From an uncultured Phycisphaerales bacterium (GTDB lineage: Bacteria; Planctomycetota; Phycisphaerae; Tepidisphaerales; Tepidisphaeraceae): DNA of 64,000 nucleotides. The first letter of the stretch is position 1, and every line of letters begins with the position of its first letter. The stretch spans positions 4,160,001-4,224,000 of the forward strand of contig CAVWVQ010000003.1 of assembly GCA_963758525.1 (NCBI GenBank), in the 5' to 3' direction. The notes under the pieces were generated by a model. That model searched no databases, was not told where the DNA came from, and saw nothing but the letters and a program-made list of their open reading frames with translations. The translations under genes and the position numbers were made by a program. Of this stretch, positions 1 to 9,462 are shown one piece after another.

Positions 1-320
1 TCCACCTGCGCTTTCTCCACGGCCAGCGTCGCTTCGAGATTGCGGTCGTCGAGCTTGAACAGCGGCTGGCCTGCTTTGACATGATCGCCGACTTTCACGT
101 AGAGATCCGTCGCCACCCCGGGAACGGGCGTTGCGACGGCGATATTTTCCGTGGCGGCTTCGACGATGCCCGATCCGGCGACGTATGCCTTATATGGCGC
201 GTGCGAAGGTTCCGCCGCCGGTGCGGCGACCAGCGGCTTCTTCGCCCCCTCATGAACCATATAGAACCCGAAGATCACTCCCAGCACTGCAAGCAGCGGG
301 AGAACGTATTTGCGAATCAT
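1..320 (-). CDS. Efflux transporter periplasmic adaptor (HlyD/MFP family), runs off window start
   Basis: Manual translation MIRKYVLPLLAVLGVIFG...GSGIVEA...VPGVATDLYVKVGDHVKAGQPLFKLD (biotinyl-lipoyl-like MFP motif); ATGA overlap with the ABC ATPase stop. Confidence 0.85.
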   Translation of the reverse strand, partial: MIRKYVLPLLAVLGVIFGFYMVHEGAKKPLVAAPAAEPSHAPYKAYVAGSGIVEAATENIAVATPVPGVATDLYVKVGDHVKAGQPLFKLDDRNLEATLAVEKAQV

Positions 321-1108
321 GACATGGACTCCTCGGCGGGCTTCTCATCGGCGCCGGTGCGCACGGCGTGCGCCTCGGCGTGAAGCTCTTCGGGTGAATC
401 GAGCAGGCCGACCACCTGCCCGTCATCCATCTTTGCGATGCGGTCGGCAAACTGAAAAATGCGGTTGTCGTGCGTGACGATCACCAGCGCCCGGTCGCGC
501 GCCACGCCGACGCCGCGCAGAATGTCCATGATTTTCTGTCCCGTGGCGTGATCGAGCGCGCTGGTCGGCTCGTCGCAGACAATCAACTGCGGGTCGTGGA
601 CCAGTGCCCGTGCGATGGCAACGCGCTGCTGCTGGCCGCCGGACAACTGCGACGGGAGAGAATTCATCCGCTCCCCCAGACCGACGGCGGCGAGTTTCTC
701 TTTCGCCTTTGTCATTGCATCGCGGCGCGACACTCCGTTGATGAGCAACGGCACCGAAACGTTTTCAGCGGCCGTGAGTGTTGGAAGAAGATTGAAGCTC
801 TGAAAAACAAAGCCGATGGTCTGCCCCCGATATCGGGTTCGATCGCCTTGTGGCATCGCCTTGAAGTCGTGACCGAAGACGGTGCATTCACCTCGATTCT
901 GGTCGAGGATTCCGGCGATGACGGAAATCAATGTGGTTTTCCCGCATCCTGACGGGCCGACGAGCATGAGCAGTTCGCCGCGCTTCACGTCCAGGTCGAT
1001 GCCGCGGAGTGCGATGACTTCCGACGAGCCGGCGCCGTACGCCTTGGTTACCCCGCGGCAGCGGACGGCAATTTCGTCGGGCGGAAGATGTGCGGTTTCG
1101 AGGGTCAT
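317..1108 (-). CDS. ABC transporter ATP-binding protein (LolD/MacB-like)
   Basis: Walker A GPSGCGKT, signature LSGGQQQRVAIARAL, Walker B IVCDEPT, H-loop VTHD. Confidence 0.95.
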   Translation of the reverse strand: MTLETAHLPPDEIAVRCRGVTKAYGAGSSEVIALRGIDLDVKRGELLMLVGPSGCGKTTLISVIAGILDQNRGECTVFGHDFKAMPQGDRTRYRGQTIGFVFQSFNLLPTLTAAENVSVPLLINGVSRRDAMTKAKEKLAAVGLGERMNSLPSQLSGGQQQRVAIARALVHDPQLIVCDEPTSALDHATGQKIMDILRGVGVARDRALVIVTHDNRIFQFADRIAKMDDGQVVGLLDSPEELHAEAHAVRTGADEKPAEESMS

Positions 1109-1111
1109 GAG

Positions 1112-2266
1112 TTATTGCTTGAAGACAATCGCCGGCTCCAGTTGGATGACTTTCCAGATGCTCAGGAGTGAGGAAAGAATGCAGATCACGACGATCGCCA
1201 GGGCGCTGATCAGCATGAGCTGCCAGGGGAGAACGAAGGACAGTTCGGTATTGCGAGCCGCCCATCCCGACAGGCAGGCGAGGCCGACGCCCAGGCCGTA
1301 GCCGATGACGCCCACGAGGATCGCCTGGAGGAGGATCATGCGCAGCAGGGTGCCGTTGGGCGTTCCCATTGCCTTGAGGGCGCCAAATTGACGAAGATTT
1401 TCCAGCGTGAAGCTGTAGAACGTCTGCCCGGCGATCGCTGTGCCGACGACAAAACCGAGCGCGACGGAGATCGCGAAGTTGATAGGGATGCCGGTGTTCT
1501 TGAAAAAGTACCACCATGTTTTGTCGATGAACCCCTGTTGCGTGAACGCGGACAACCCGGTGACCGTCTCGATGCGATGCCGAAGCTCATCGAGATTCTG
1601 CCCCGGCTTGGCTTTGACGAGCACGAACGACAGAAGCTTCCGTTCGCGCGGGGCGAAGAGCGTCGCCCGTTGATAGGTTGTGTACACCGTCGGCTGCGAT
1701 TGAAAAGTGCGCGACACCTTGCAGATGCCGACGACGGTGGCGCGATGGTCATTGAGCTCGAGCGTGTCGCCGGGGACCAGGGGCCTGGGCTTGCCATTTT
1801 TGGAAGGATGCGCCAGCTTGTCGGCCGCCCCGACGTCATCGACGATCACACTGTCGGCCCGGCGCAGGTCTTCCAGCTTTCCCCTGGCCATCGCCGGCGG
1901 ACCGCCGATCAGCGTCGCATCGTCCAACCCGATCACGTTGCACGTCTGGAACGTGCCGTCCTCGAGACGCGCCTTGAGCAGCCCTTTGTAAAGCGGGACC
2001 GCCCAGTCGACTCCTTGAACGCCACGGACGCGCAGCAGTTGGGTATCCTGCAGCGGCTTGATGTCATCGATGAACTGAACCTTGGGGTCCATCACCCACA
2101 CGTCGGGCAAGCCCATGTCGGAAATCGAGCCGTACGTACGGCCCATCAGCCCGACGAAAATCGCGGCCTGCTGCGTGATCAGCAGCGAGGCGAAGGTGAT
2201 TCCCATGACGATGCCGAGATATTTGGCGCGATCGCCGACGAGCATTTTGAGGGCGACGAAGTTCAT
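1112..2266 (-). CDS. ABC transporter permease (FtsX/MacB/DevC-like)
   Basis: Start MNFVALKMLVGDRAK overlaps the TetR stop; N-terminal TM, periplasmic loop, C-terminal TMs with FGALKAMG motif. Confidence 0.9.
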   Translation of the reverse strand: MNFVALKMLVGDRAKYLGIVMGITFASLLITQQAAIFVGLMGRTYGSISDMGLPDVWVMDPKVQFIDDIKPLQDTQLLRVRGVQGVDWAVPLYKGLLKARLEDGTFQTCNVIGLDDATLIGGPPAMARGKLEDLRRADSVIVDDVGAADKLAHPSKNGKPRPLVPGDTLELNDHRATVVGICKVSRTFQSQPTVYTTYQRATLFAPRERKLLSFVLVKAKPGQNLDELRHRIETVTGLSAFTQQGFIDKTWWYFFKNTGIPINFAISVALGFVVGTAIAGQTFYSFTLENLRQFGALKAMGTPNGTLLRMILLQAILVGVIGYGLGVGLACLSGWAARNTELSFVLPWQLMLISALAIVVICILSSLLSIWKVIQLEPAIVFKQ

Positions 2267-2931
2267 GGCGCGGATTCCGGTTTTGAGGGCGTTCGCGCAG
2301 TGCGCAGGCCGGCGAGCGAAAAGCGGGTGATGTGATCCGCCAGCTTTGCGATTGCCCGCGGCGTGTGCTTTTGCGATGGCGCGAGCTTGGCAATCACCTG
2401 CTCCGCATGACGATAAAAGACGCACTGTCCGACGATGCTCATCGCATTCTGCATGACCGCTTCCCGCGAAACGCCCGGGCCGACAATCTCCCGCACGATG
2501 CCGTTGAGACGATCGGAAAGCGGGCGGATGTGCTCCCGCACCACGATGTCCAGGGCTGATGTGGGATCGCTCATCTCGCGCACCATCAGCCGGGCGTAAG
2601 CGCCCTGGGCCGTGCCGATCAGCAGGCGTTGCAGAAACGAGTGAACAAATGCATGAAGTCGGCGCTCCGCCGAGGCGTCCGGCCCCGCGCCGACGTCCGG
2701 CGGATGCTGCCGGAGGGCATCGGCCATCCCGTGCTGGAGCACGGCGGTGTAAAGGCCGGCTTTATTGCGGAAGTGATAGTTCACGGCAGCGATGTTCGCC
2801 CTGGCCGCGAGGCAGATCTCCCGCACCGTCGCCTGGCGAAAACCGTCGCGCGCGAAAATCGCGGCAGCGGCTTCCAGAAGACGCTGGCGGGTTTCATCGG
2901 GAACCGGAGCAGGAACGGTTGATGGAGGCAT
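2263..2931 (-). CDS. TetR/AcrR family regulator (CecR/YbiH-like)
   Basis: TRQRLLEAAAAIFARDGF...TVREIC...ANIAAVNYHFRNKAGLY HTH; first gene of the efflux operon. Confidence 0.9.
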   Translation of the reverse strand: MPPSTVPAPVPDETRQRLLEAAAAIFARDGFRQATVREICLAARANIAAVNYHFRNKAGLYTAVLQHGMADALRQHPPDVGAGPDASAERRLHAFVHSFLQRLLIGTAQGAYARLMVREMSDPTSALDIVVREHIRPLSDRLNGIVREIVGPGVSREAVMQNAMSIVGQCVFYRHAEQVIAKLAPSQKHTPRAIAKLADHITRFSLAGLRTARTPSKPESAP

Positions 2932-2943
2932 AAAACGTGTATT

Positions 2944-2959
2944 TCAAACGAGTGTTTAA
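2944..2959. promoter_or_regulatory. Putative TetR operator (imperfect palindrome TCAAAC-N4-GTTTAA)
   Basis: AT-rich inverted repeat with 1 mismatch, about 13 bp upstream of the TetR start. Confidence 0.5.
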
Positions 2960-3081
2960 CATGAAGCCAAAGGGCGGTCAAGGAGGCAAGAAGGCCGGAA
3001 GCGACCTCAGTCCGCGAAAAACCCGGAGCTGCTTTTCCTTGGGTCCTCCCCTCGTACCGGCTGGGGGAACGAAGGGAAATC

Positions 3082-3250
3082 GGAAATGTCCAATGGCCAA
3101 TGGCCAACAAAGCACCAAGCCCCAAGGGCCCAAGGTGGGGGGAGAAGGAGAAGTGGCCAACAAAGCACCAAACCCAATAGGCCCAAGGTTGGGTCCCGCG
3201 TTGGTCATTGTGGCTTGGGATTTTGTTGGCCATCCGGCATTGGCCATTGC
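3082..3250. repeat. Intergenic short-repeat element (CAATGGC/TGGCCAACAAAGCACCAA direct and inverted copies)
   Basis: caatggccaatggccaacaaagcaccaa; second tggccaacaaagcaccaa; inverted ttttgttggcca...cattggccattg. Confidence 0.65.
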
Positions 3251-3289
3251 TGCGTCTCTGGCATCGTGCTTTGCGCGACTTCGAGCAAG

Positions 3290-3341
3290 CCCCCACCCCA
3301 GCCCTCCGCCGGAGTACCAGGGGGAGGGAAAATAGCTGCAG
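3290..3341 (-). repeat. REP-like palindrome family C (CCCCTCCCCTGGTAC...GGGAGGG)
   Basis: Related copies at 16580-16613, 26971-27026 and 54436-54480. Confidence 0.7.
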
Positions 3342-3381
3342 CACGGCGCCGCGCACAGCAGTTATGCGCGCTTTCAACCGA

Positions 3382-4155
3382 TCAACTGTGTGCGCTTCGG
3401 CTGAAATAGGCGATCGTCAGCGTGGCGGCGATCACCAGGACGATTGCGCGAACGTAAACAGCCGGAATCCGCTGCGCGAAGGCCATCCCTGCGAATCCGC
3501 CGCCGGCGGCGCCGACAGCCATCGCCAGCGCTGTCCACCATTCAACCCCGGCGCCGAGGAAGATGACGACGGCTGCCGCGTTGGCGGTGATCTGGATGAT
3601 GATCTTGAGCGTGTTGGTTTGCTTGACATCGCCAACGCCCGCGACGGCAAGCCCTGCCAGCAGAAGAATCCCGCCGCCCGCGCCGAAGTAGCCGTTATAG
3701 ATGGAAATCAGCAGGAGCAGGGAAAACAGTGATGCGGAGAACTGCCGTCCGCCGCGGTTGGCGTTGCCCGCACGGCGGTTGGACCACGCATTGATTCGCG
3801 GACCGGCGGCGAGCGTGACGGTGGAGAAGAGCAGCAGCCACGGGATCAGACGGCCAAACGCGGTCGTTGACGTCGTTAACAGGAGGATTGCTCCGATGAT
3901 TCCGCCAGCGGCTCCCGTGGCGGCGTATCCCCAGACCACTCCGCGGCTGAGCGATCGAACATCGTCGCGTGCCGCTGCGATGGCCGCCGCGTACCCCGGC
4001 CAGAGCCCGACGGTGCTCGTGACGTTTGCCGCCTTGGCCGTCAGATGCAGCGGCCCAGTGAGCACCGGAAACGTGATGAAGGTTCCGCCTCCCGCGATCG
4101 AGTTCACCGCGGCCCCCGCGAACGCCGACAGCCCAGCCAATGCAGTACGCAACAT
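3382..4155 (-). CDS. Sulfite exporter TauE/SafE family membrane protein
   Basis: AGAVNSIAGGGTFITFP and YNGYFGAGGGILL motifs; many TMs. Confidence 0.85.
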   Translation of the reverse strand: MLRTALAGLSAFAGAAVNSIAGGGTFITFPVLTGPLHLTAKAANVTSTVGLWPGYAAAIAAARDDVRSLSRGVVWGYAATGAAGGIIGAILLLTTSTTAFGRLIPWLLLFSTVTLAAGPRINAWSNRRAGNANRGGRQFSASLFSLLLLISIYNGYFGAGGGILLLAGLAVAGVGDVKQTNTLKIIIQITANAAAVVIFLGAGVEWWTALAMAVGAAGGGFAGMAFAQRIPAVYVRAIVLVIAATLTIAYFSRSAHS

Positions 4156-4233
4156 TCACCTGAACGTACAGGCGGGTGAAGAGAAGGGGAAGGCAGGGGC
4201 AGAGGGAGAGGCATGAAGGCGCGAAATGAGTGA

Positions 4234-4385
4234 GGCACGAAGGCACGGAGGCACGGAGGCACGGAGGGGAGGACGCTGGCGCGGCGGATTTTGTCCTGCT
4301 GGGTCTACTTCCTCCTGTCTCCTGTCTCCCGCTCTCGCGCTACGCGGGCGGGAATTGCAAATTGCAAATCAAAATCGCAAATTGT
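4234..4385. repeat. Octamer (GGCACGRA)n plus heptamer (TTGCAAA)n intergenic repeat mosaic
   Basis: ggcacgaaggcacggaggcacggaggcacggaggggaggacgctg shared with 9267-9328; aattgcaaattgcaaatc. Confidence 0.7.
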
Positions 4386-4784
4386 GACTGATGGGCGACG
4401 CTCTCATGCCAAGTTGGGTCGGTTTCGCCGGACTGTAATCGTCGTGGCTTGCCCTTCGCGGAAGATCACGACGCCAGTTGCCGCAGGCATGACGACCTCC
4501 TTCAAGGATCGCCCGCCGTCCGCAAATCGGGCTGAAGAAAGTCGTTATCAGAATAACCGGCTGATCGAGTGGGCGCTGCCCTTCCCGCGGACCGGCGGCG
4601 TCCTGAAACGCCACAAATAACTTAGCGACGTGATATATTGCAGGCAAGCAGAATCATTATGAGTCGATGCGACGAGCGTGCGCAAATTTCCGGGCGAACC
4701 ATTGTGGTGCAGTCCTTGAGCCTGCGACTGCCCAGGTGCAAACACAGTTTGTTCCTTCGCGCACGGAAATTCGCGCACCTGAGG

Positions 4785-6016
4785 ATGGGCCTTCACTCGC
4801 ACCGGCTGCGCCGTATCTGCATCATTCCCGCGATCCTGCTCGTATCGGGCGCACGGCTGGCTGCGCAACCAACCATTAGCGAGCAGATTCGCTCGCTGCT
4901 TTTCGATCGCCGGGATCGCGGAGGCAATTCATTTCCGCTGATGGTCGATCCTCCGCTCTGGGCCGACACGCGCTATCTGCTGGAAGGGGACTCGCGGACG
5001 CGGATGCTGGCACTGTCGGATGAACTGCTGGCGCAGGACCTCGGGCGAGCCGTGCCGGACCCGCGCGAGCGCGCGTTGCTGCAGCATGCGTTGTGGCAAG
5101 TCTTCGACTGGACACTCCGGGACGATTCTTTTGATCGGGAAGCGCGGGTCGCACTTCGCAAGAAACTCGCCGCCGTCATCTCCCGGCTCGCTTTGACAAA
5201 AGCGCAGATCGAATCGTTGCCGACGAATCTGGCGCCGGGTGATAACGCTGATGCGCCCCCGAATCTGACAGATGAGCGGCAGGGCTGGATCGCGCTGGGG
5301 ATCCCCGGCTCGACTCCGGTGGCCGAGGCGCATCTGAAACAGTTCGGCGGGCGCAGCGCCTTTGGTGTTTTCATCCGGCATCCCGACGGGCCGCAAGCGG
5401 CGCTGGCATATCTGCGGCGGCTGGCGGAGCGCCCTATCCCCCAACCACGCAGCGATCGACCGGCGGATTCTTCGCGCCGGATGCCGCGCCGCAGTTCCCC
5501 GCCGGCACGAAACTCGCGCTGCTCCGGAGGATGATGCTGATCGATCGCGACGAACAATTGATCTGCTCGCCGATCATCGAAAGCGTTCAGGTTCGGACGT
5601 TCCTGAAGATCGAACCGCAGCTGTTGCCGGAACAACTTCGCATGCAGGAGTTCGTCATGGACCGGGAGCAGTACATCGCCGGCGGGAAGCGGGCTCTACG
5701 CGCAGTCGACGCGGGTGATCGAGAGCCGACGGTGTTTGAGTCGCTCGATATCGACTGGTTTGAAAGCGGCCAGCGTAATGACCTCGGCCGCTACGAACCG
5801 CCGGATCGCATCCTGGAGAGCTGCATTCATTGCCACCATGATTCGGGGGTATTGTCGATGAACAGTTACACCCGGCTTTTCTCCCCCGCGCCGGCGACCA
5901 ATCCCCAACTGCAGAACCTGAGCTTCGACCGGGAGATCACCATAACGGTCGACTGGAAAAAGGAGCAGGCGTCGTGGGGAATGCTCCGCGGATACTGGGA
6001 AGCGGGTGACCGGTGA
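4785..6016 (+). CDS. Secreted hypothetical protein with C-terminal CxxCH (possible c-type cytochrome); frameshift ~5450
   Basis: Signal-like N-terminus; the frame before 5531 reads on as PQFPAGTKLALLRRMMLID; CIHCH near the C-terminus. Confidence 0.55.
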
Positions 6017-6030
6017 AGGTCAGCGGGCTT

Positions 6031-6074
6031 TCGTAACACCATCGTCATTAAGACTGAGCGCATTCTTAATATCG
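6031..6074 (+). promoter_or_regulatory. Putative Pho-box array (11-bp periodic direct repeats)
   Basis: TCGTAACACCA/TCGTCATTAAG/ACTGAGCGCAT/TCTTAATATCG upstream of the PhnD-like gene. Confidence 0.55.
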
Positions 6075-6142
6075 CTCTCGATAATGTCAGCCGATCTTGT
6101 AAATTCCCCTCGATTCACGGTTGATCAGCAGCGAGGAAATTC

Positions 6143-7285
6143 ATGTCCGATCCGATCCCGCCGGCCGACGAAGCAGTCCCCAGCGATATTTCACCCAGGC
6201 GCCGTCTCCTGGAAGGCCGCCAGCGCGTTTGGGCGAGAGTCATCCTTTTCCTCTGCCTCGGCGGTGTGGTGGCTTACGTCGGAGTGGCCGCGGTAAGCAC
6301 GGCACACGAAAGGGAATATCTCCGCCAGACACAGACGCGCACGGTTGCCAGCGCGGGTTTAACCGTCACCGGGCGAAAGGGTCTTTCATCCAAGTTCACG
6401 GACAAGGACGGTCGGCTTTTGGCTGATCCGCCCGCCTCTGCCGACCAATGGATCAATCCCGACACGCTGGTGGTCGCTCACATCGACGGCGCCGACGAGA
6501 ACCCTGGAACATCGTGGGCCGAGTGGGAAGAGCACTTGGCAACGATCACCGGCAAAAAGGTGGTCGATCAGACGTATACCAACAGCGCCAGCCAGATCGC
6601 AGCTGCCGCCTCGGGGAAGGTTACGCTGCTGGCACTGCACGCGGCGGACGCTCCGTTTCTGGTCAACAACTACGGCTTCGAGCCGTTGGCGGTCCTCGGC
6701 GATCAATCCGGAATCAACGGCAATCGAGTGGATCTGATCGTCCCCGCCGGCAGCCCGATCGCTGCTCCCGCCGATCTGAAGGGCCACCGGTTGGTCTGCA
6801 CCACTCCCAGTTCCATCACCGGCTATCGCGCCGCCATTGCGGTGCTCATGCAGGATCAGGGTCTTCGGCCCAACGTCGATTACGAAATCACCTGGTCCCT
6901 GGGCCAAAAGCGCTCCATCACCGGCATCGCCGAGAAAACATTCGAAGCCGCCGCGGTGTCTGATGACAAGGTGCAGTCACTCATGGACAAGGGGACGATC
7001 TCACCCTCTGAATTCAAAACGATCTACCAGTCTCCGGTGATCCCGCGCACGACGATTGGCTGCTTCTACAACCTGAATCCGACGCTGGTTGAGCAGCTTC
7101 GCCAGGCCATCCTCCCCGCCGTCGCTTCTGCGCCGGCGAGCGGCCCGACCACATCGCCCTCAATCGCATCGGACACGCTCAAGTTCATGCCTGTCGACTA
7201 CAAGAGGGATTTCGAATTTGTCCGTATGATCGACGACCAGTTCGATCCGCGGTTCGATACACAGAAACCCTCGCATGCGGAGTAA
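6143..7285 (+). CDS. Phosphate/phosphite/phosphonate ABC substrate-binding protein (PhnD-like) with N-terminal TM anchor
   Basis: DLKGHRLVCTTPSSITGYRA motif (PhnD S-T-S-G-like), YQSPVIP; hydrophobic N-terminal segment. Confidence 0.75.
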   Translation: MSDPIPPADEAVPSDISPRRRLLEGRQRVWARVILFLCLGGVVAYVGVAAVSTAHEREYLRQTQTRTVASAGLTVTGRKGLSSKFTDKDGRLLADPPASADQWINPDTLVVAHIDGADENPGTSWAEWEEHLATITGKKVVDQTYTNSASQIAAAASGKVTLLALHAADAPFLVNNYGFEPLAVLGDQSGINGNRVDLIVPAGSPIAAPADLKGHRLVCTTPSSITGYRAAIAVLMQDQGLRPNVDYEITWSLGQKRSITGIAEKTFEAAAVSDDKVQSLMDKGTISPSEFKTIYQSPVIPRTTIGCFYNLNPTLVEQLRQAILPAVASAPASGPTTSPSIASDTLKFMPVDYKRDFEFVRMIDDQFDPRFDTQKPSHAE

Positions 7286-7311
7286 CCAAACTCTGAAGAC
7301 TGCTCTCAGCG

Positions 7312-8082
7312 TCAGGTCGACGCCCGCGCCATCGTCGCCGTTGCGAGCGTTGCCGGATCGCGGTCATCTTTTAATTCAACTCCGCTGATCCTGCGGACCA
7401 AGGATTGCTCGATGAGCCATGCCAGGACATTTGCGGCGGCGGGGGGGTCCAATTGGCCGGTGCGGATGTTGGAAACGCAGTTGCGCTGTGCGTCGGTGTT
7501 TCCGATCGCTGGGCGATGAACCAGATATCCGCCGAGGCTGTCGGCGGAGCCCAGGCCGGGGCGTTCACCGATCAGGATGACCGCGACTTTGGCGCCGAGC
7601 AGCGATCCGATTTCGTCCTGAACGGCTACCCGGGCCTGTGTGACGATGCAAATCGGCCCCAGCGAAAATCGCCGATCCCGCAGGAGCGGAACGAGATGCG
7701 TCAGGACCGCGGCGGCGTGCCGCTGCGCCGCGACGGCGGATAAGCCGTCGCCGATCACGAGCGCAACATCGACGTCCGCGGTAGCATTCTCAATGACGGT
7801 GGCGGCGCTTCCATCGTCCAGCCGCCGGCCCAGATCTGGCCGTTTAAGGTATGTCTCTCGATCCGGCGCCCTCGAATGGAGCTGGAGAATCGGCAAGCCC
7901 AACGACAACAGCGCATTGGTGAGCGACTGTCTGTCCAGTTCCGAGTAGACAGCATCGCGCGCATCGGCGTGATCCGCCGCGAACGCCAGTAACTCCGCGG
8001 TCGGCAGCGAACCTCCCGCCCGGCCCAGGGCGATCCGCGCTGGCGTATGCCTGCGAAGTTGAGCCCACGGATCGGCCGTCAC
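7312..8082 (-). CDS. eutC: Ethanolamine ammonia-lyase light chain
   Basis: TPARIALGRAG, YLKRPDLGRRL, GDGLSA, ILIGERPGLG, DAQRNCVSNI. Confidence 0.93.
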   Translation of the reverse strand: MTADPWAQLRRHTPARIALGRAGGSLPTAELLAFAADHADARDAVYSELDRQSLTNALLSLGLPILQLHSRAPDRETYLKRPDLGRRLDDGSAATVIENATADVDVALVIGDGLSAVAAQRHAAAVLTHLVPLLRDRRFSLGPICIVTQARVAVQDEIGSLLGAKVAVILIGERPGLGSADSLGGYLVHRPAIGNTDAQRNCVSNIRTGQLDPPAAANVLAWLIEQSLVRRISGVELKDDRDPATLATATMARAST

Positions 8083-8164
8083 TGCTTCCCGCTCTCCATC
8101 ATCAGGCCGGCGACGATTCCCATTTCTTTTGTGGTCGCCTTCCGTCCGTTGGTTTAGCGCAATA

Positions 8165-9137
8165 CTACATCGGCCGATCGACGACGAATCCGGCCATGGT
8201 TTCCAGAACGGACCTGGGTTCGGAAGGCGGCAGTGCCTGGATCGAGCTGATCGCCCGGGTCACGAGCTGGCGGGCGCTTCTGCGCGTAGGGGATCGAATC
8301 GCTGGGCAGAATCAGGTTGCGAATCCGCTCGACGCGATCCGGGGCAGCGGTTTCCAGCAGCGAGCGCAACAGTGCGCGGTGCTCGGCGGGGGCGGTGCGG
8401 AGAAAATGAATCAGCGGGAGCGTGAGCTTTCCTTTTTCGATGTCGCTGCCGAGGGTCTTGCCCACGGTGGCGGGGTCGCCGATCAGATCGAGGATGTCGT
8501 CCTGAATCTGAAACGCGGTGCCGAGCGATCGGCCGTAGATTTCCATGCGGCCGACCGTGTCGGCGTCGGCGCCGGCGAATTGCGCGCCCAACGTGCAGCA
8601 GGCGGCGCAGAGCGTGGCGGTCTTGAGCGTGATGATGCGAAGATACGTTTCTTCGTCCAGGGCGTAGTTTCTGCGATTGTCGATCTGGAGCAATTCGCCT
8701 TCGCAGACCTGGTTGGTGGTTCGCCCGATCAGGCGCGACGCATATTGGGAATCGAGGCTGGAACAGAGGTGGTAGCTATGGCTGATCAGGAAGTCGCCCA
8801 GCAGCACCGCGGCTTCATTGCCGCGCAGATGATTGATGGTAGCGCCTTTGCGCCGCAGCTCGGCTTCGTCGAGCACGTCGTCGTGGACGAGCGTGGCCAT
8901 GTGAACCATCTCGACGACGGTGGCGATCACCACATGGGCGTCGCACAGTACCCCGCACGCCTTGCCGGCCAGCAGCGTCAGGCACGGGCGAAGCATCTTG
9001 CCGCGAAATCGGCTGACGTGGCGCACCAGCGTCTTCACGCACGCCAGGTCGCTGTTGAGTTCCGCATGAAATGCCTCGTCCACGGCCTGGAGCTGCGGAC
9101 GGATGCATTCGGTCAGTTCTGCCAAGAGCGGGGTCAT
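8165..9137 (-). CDS. Polyprenyl diphosphate synthase (IspB/HepT-like); frameshift ~8275
   Basis: GKMLRP, FARM LVHDDVLD..RRK, SARM FQIQDDILD, GKLTLP; natural C-terminus (..ETMAGFVVDRPM*) lies in another frame. Confidence 0.9.
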
Positions 9138-9266
9138 TTGACCTCCACGGCTGTCACTGTGCTTCCTCATTTGACGCGGGATTATATGGGGCGTGTCAGA
9201 TAACGCTATGAGCGATGAGAACTTTCGAAAGGAATGAAAGGAGGGGGGAAGGGGCGGAGGAATGCA

Positions 9267-9420
9267 GGCACGAAGGCACGAAGGCACGTAGGCACGAAGG
9301 GGAGGACGCTGCGCGGCAGATGTTTTTTATCACATCCCCTTCCTTCCCTTCGTGCCTCCGTGCCTTGTCCCCTTGTCCCTTCGTGCCTTGTCCCCTTGTC
9401 CCTTCGTCCCTATCCCTTCC
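9267..9420. repeat. Inverted octamer-repeat hairpin (GGCACGAA)n ... (TTCGTGCC/TTGTCCCC)n
   Basis: Purine-rich left arm and complementary pyrimidine-rich right arm between divergent genes. Confidence 0.75.
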
Positions 9421-9462
9421 CGCGTATTCCATCGCCCACCCCGCGCAGCTTACAATCCCCTG

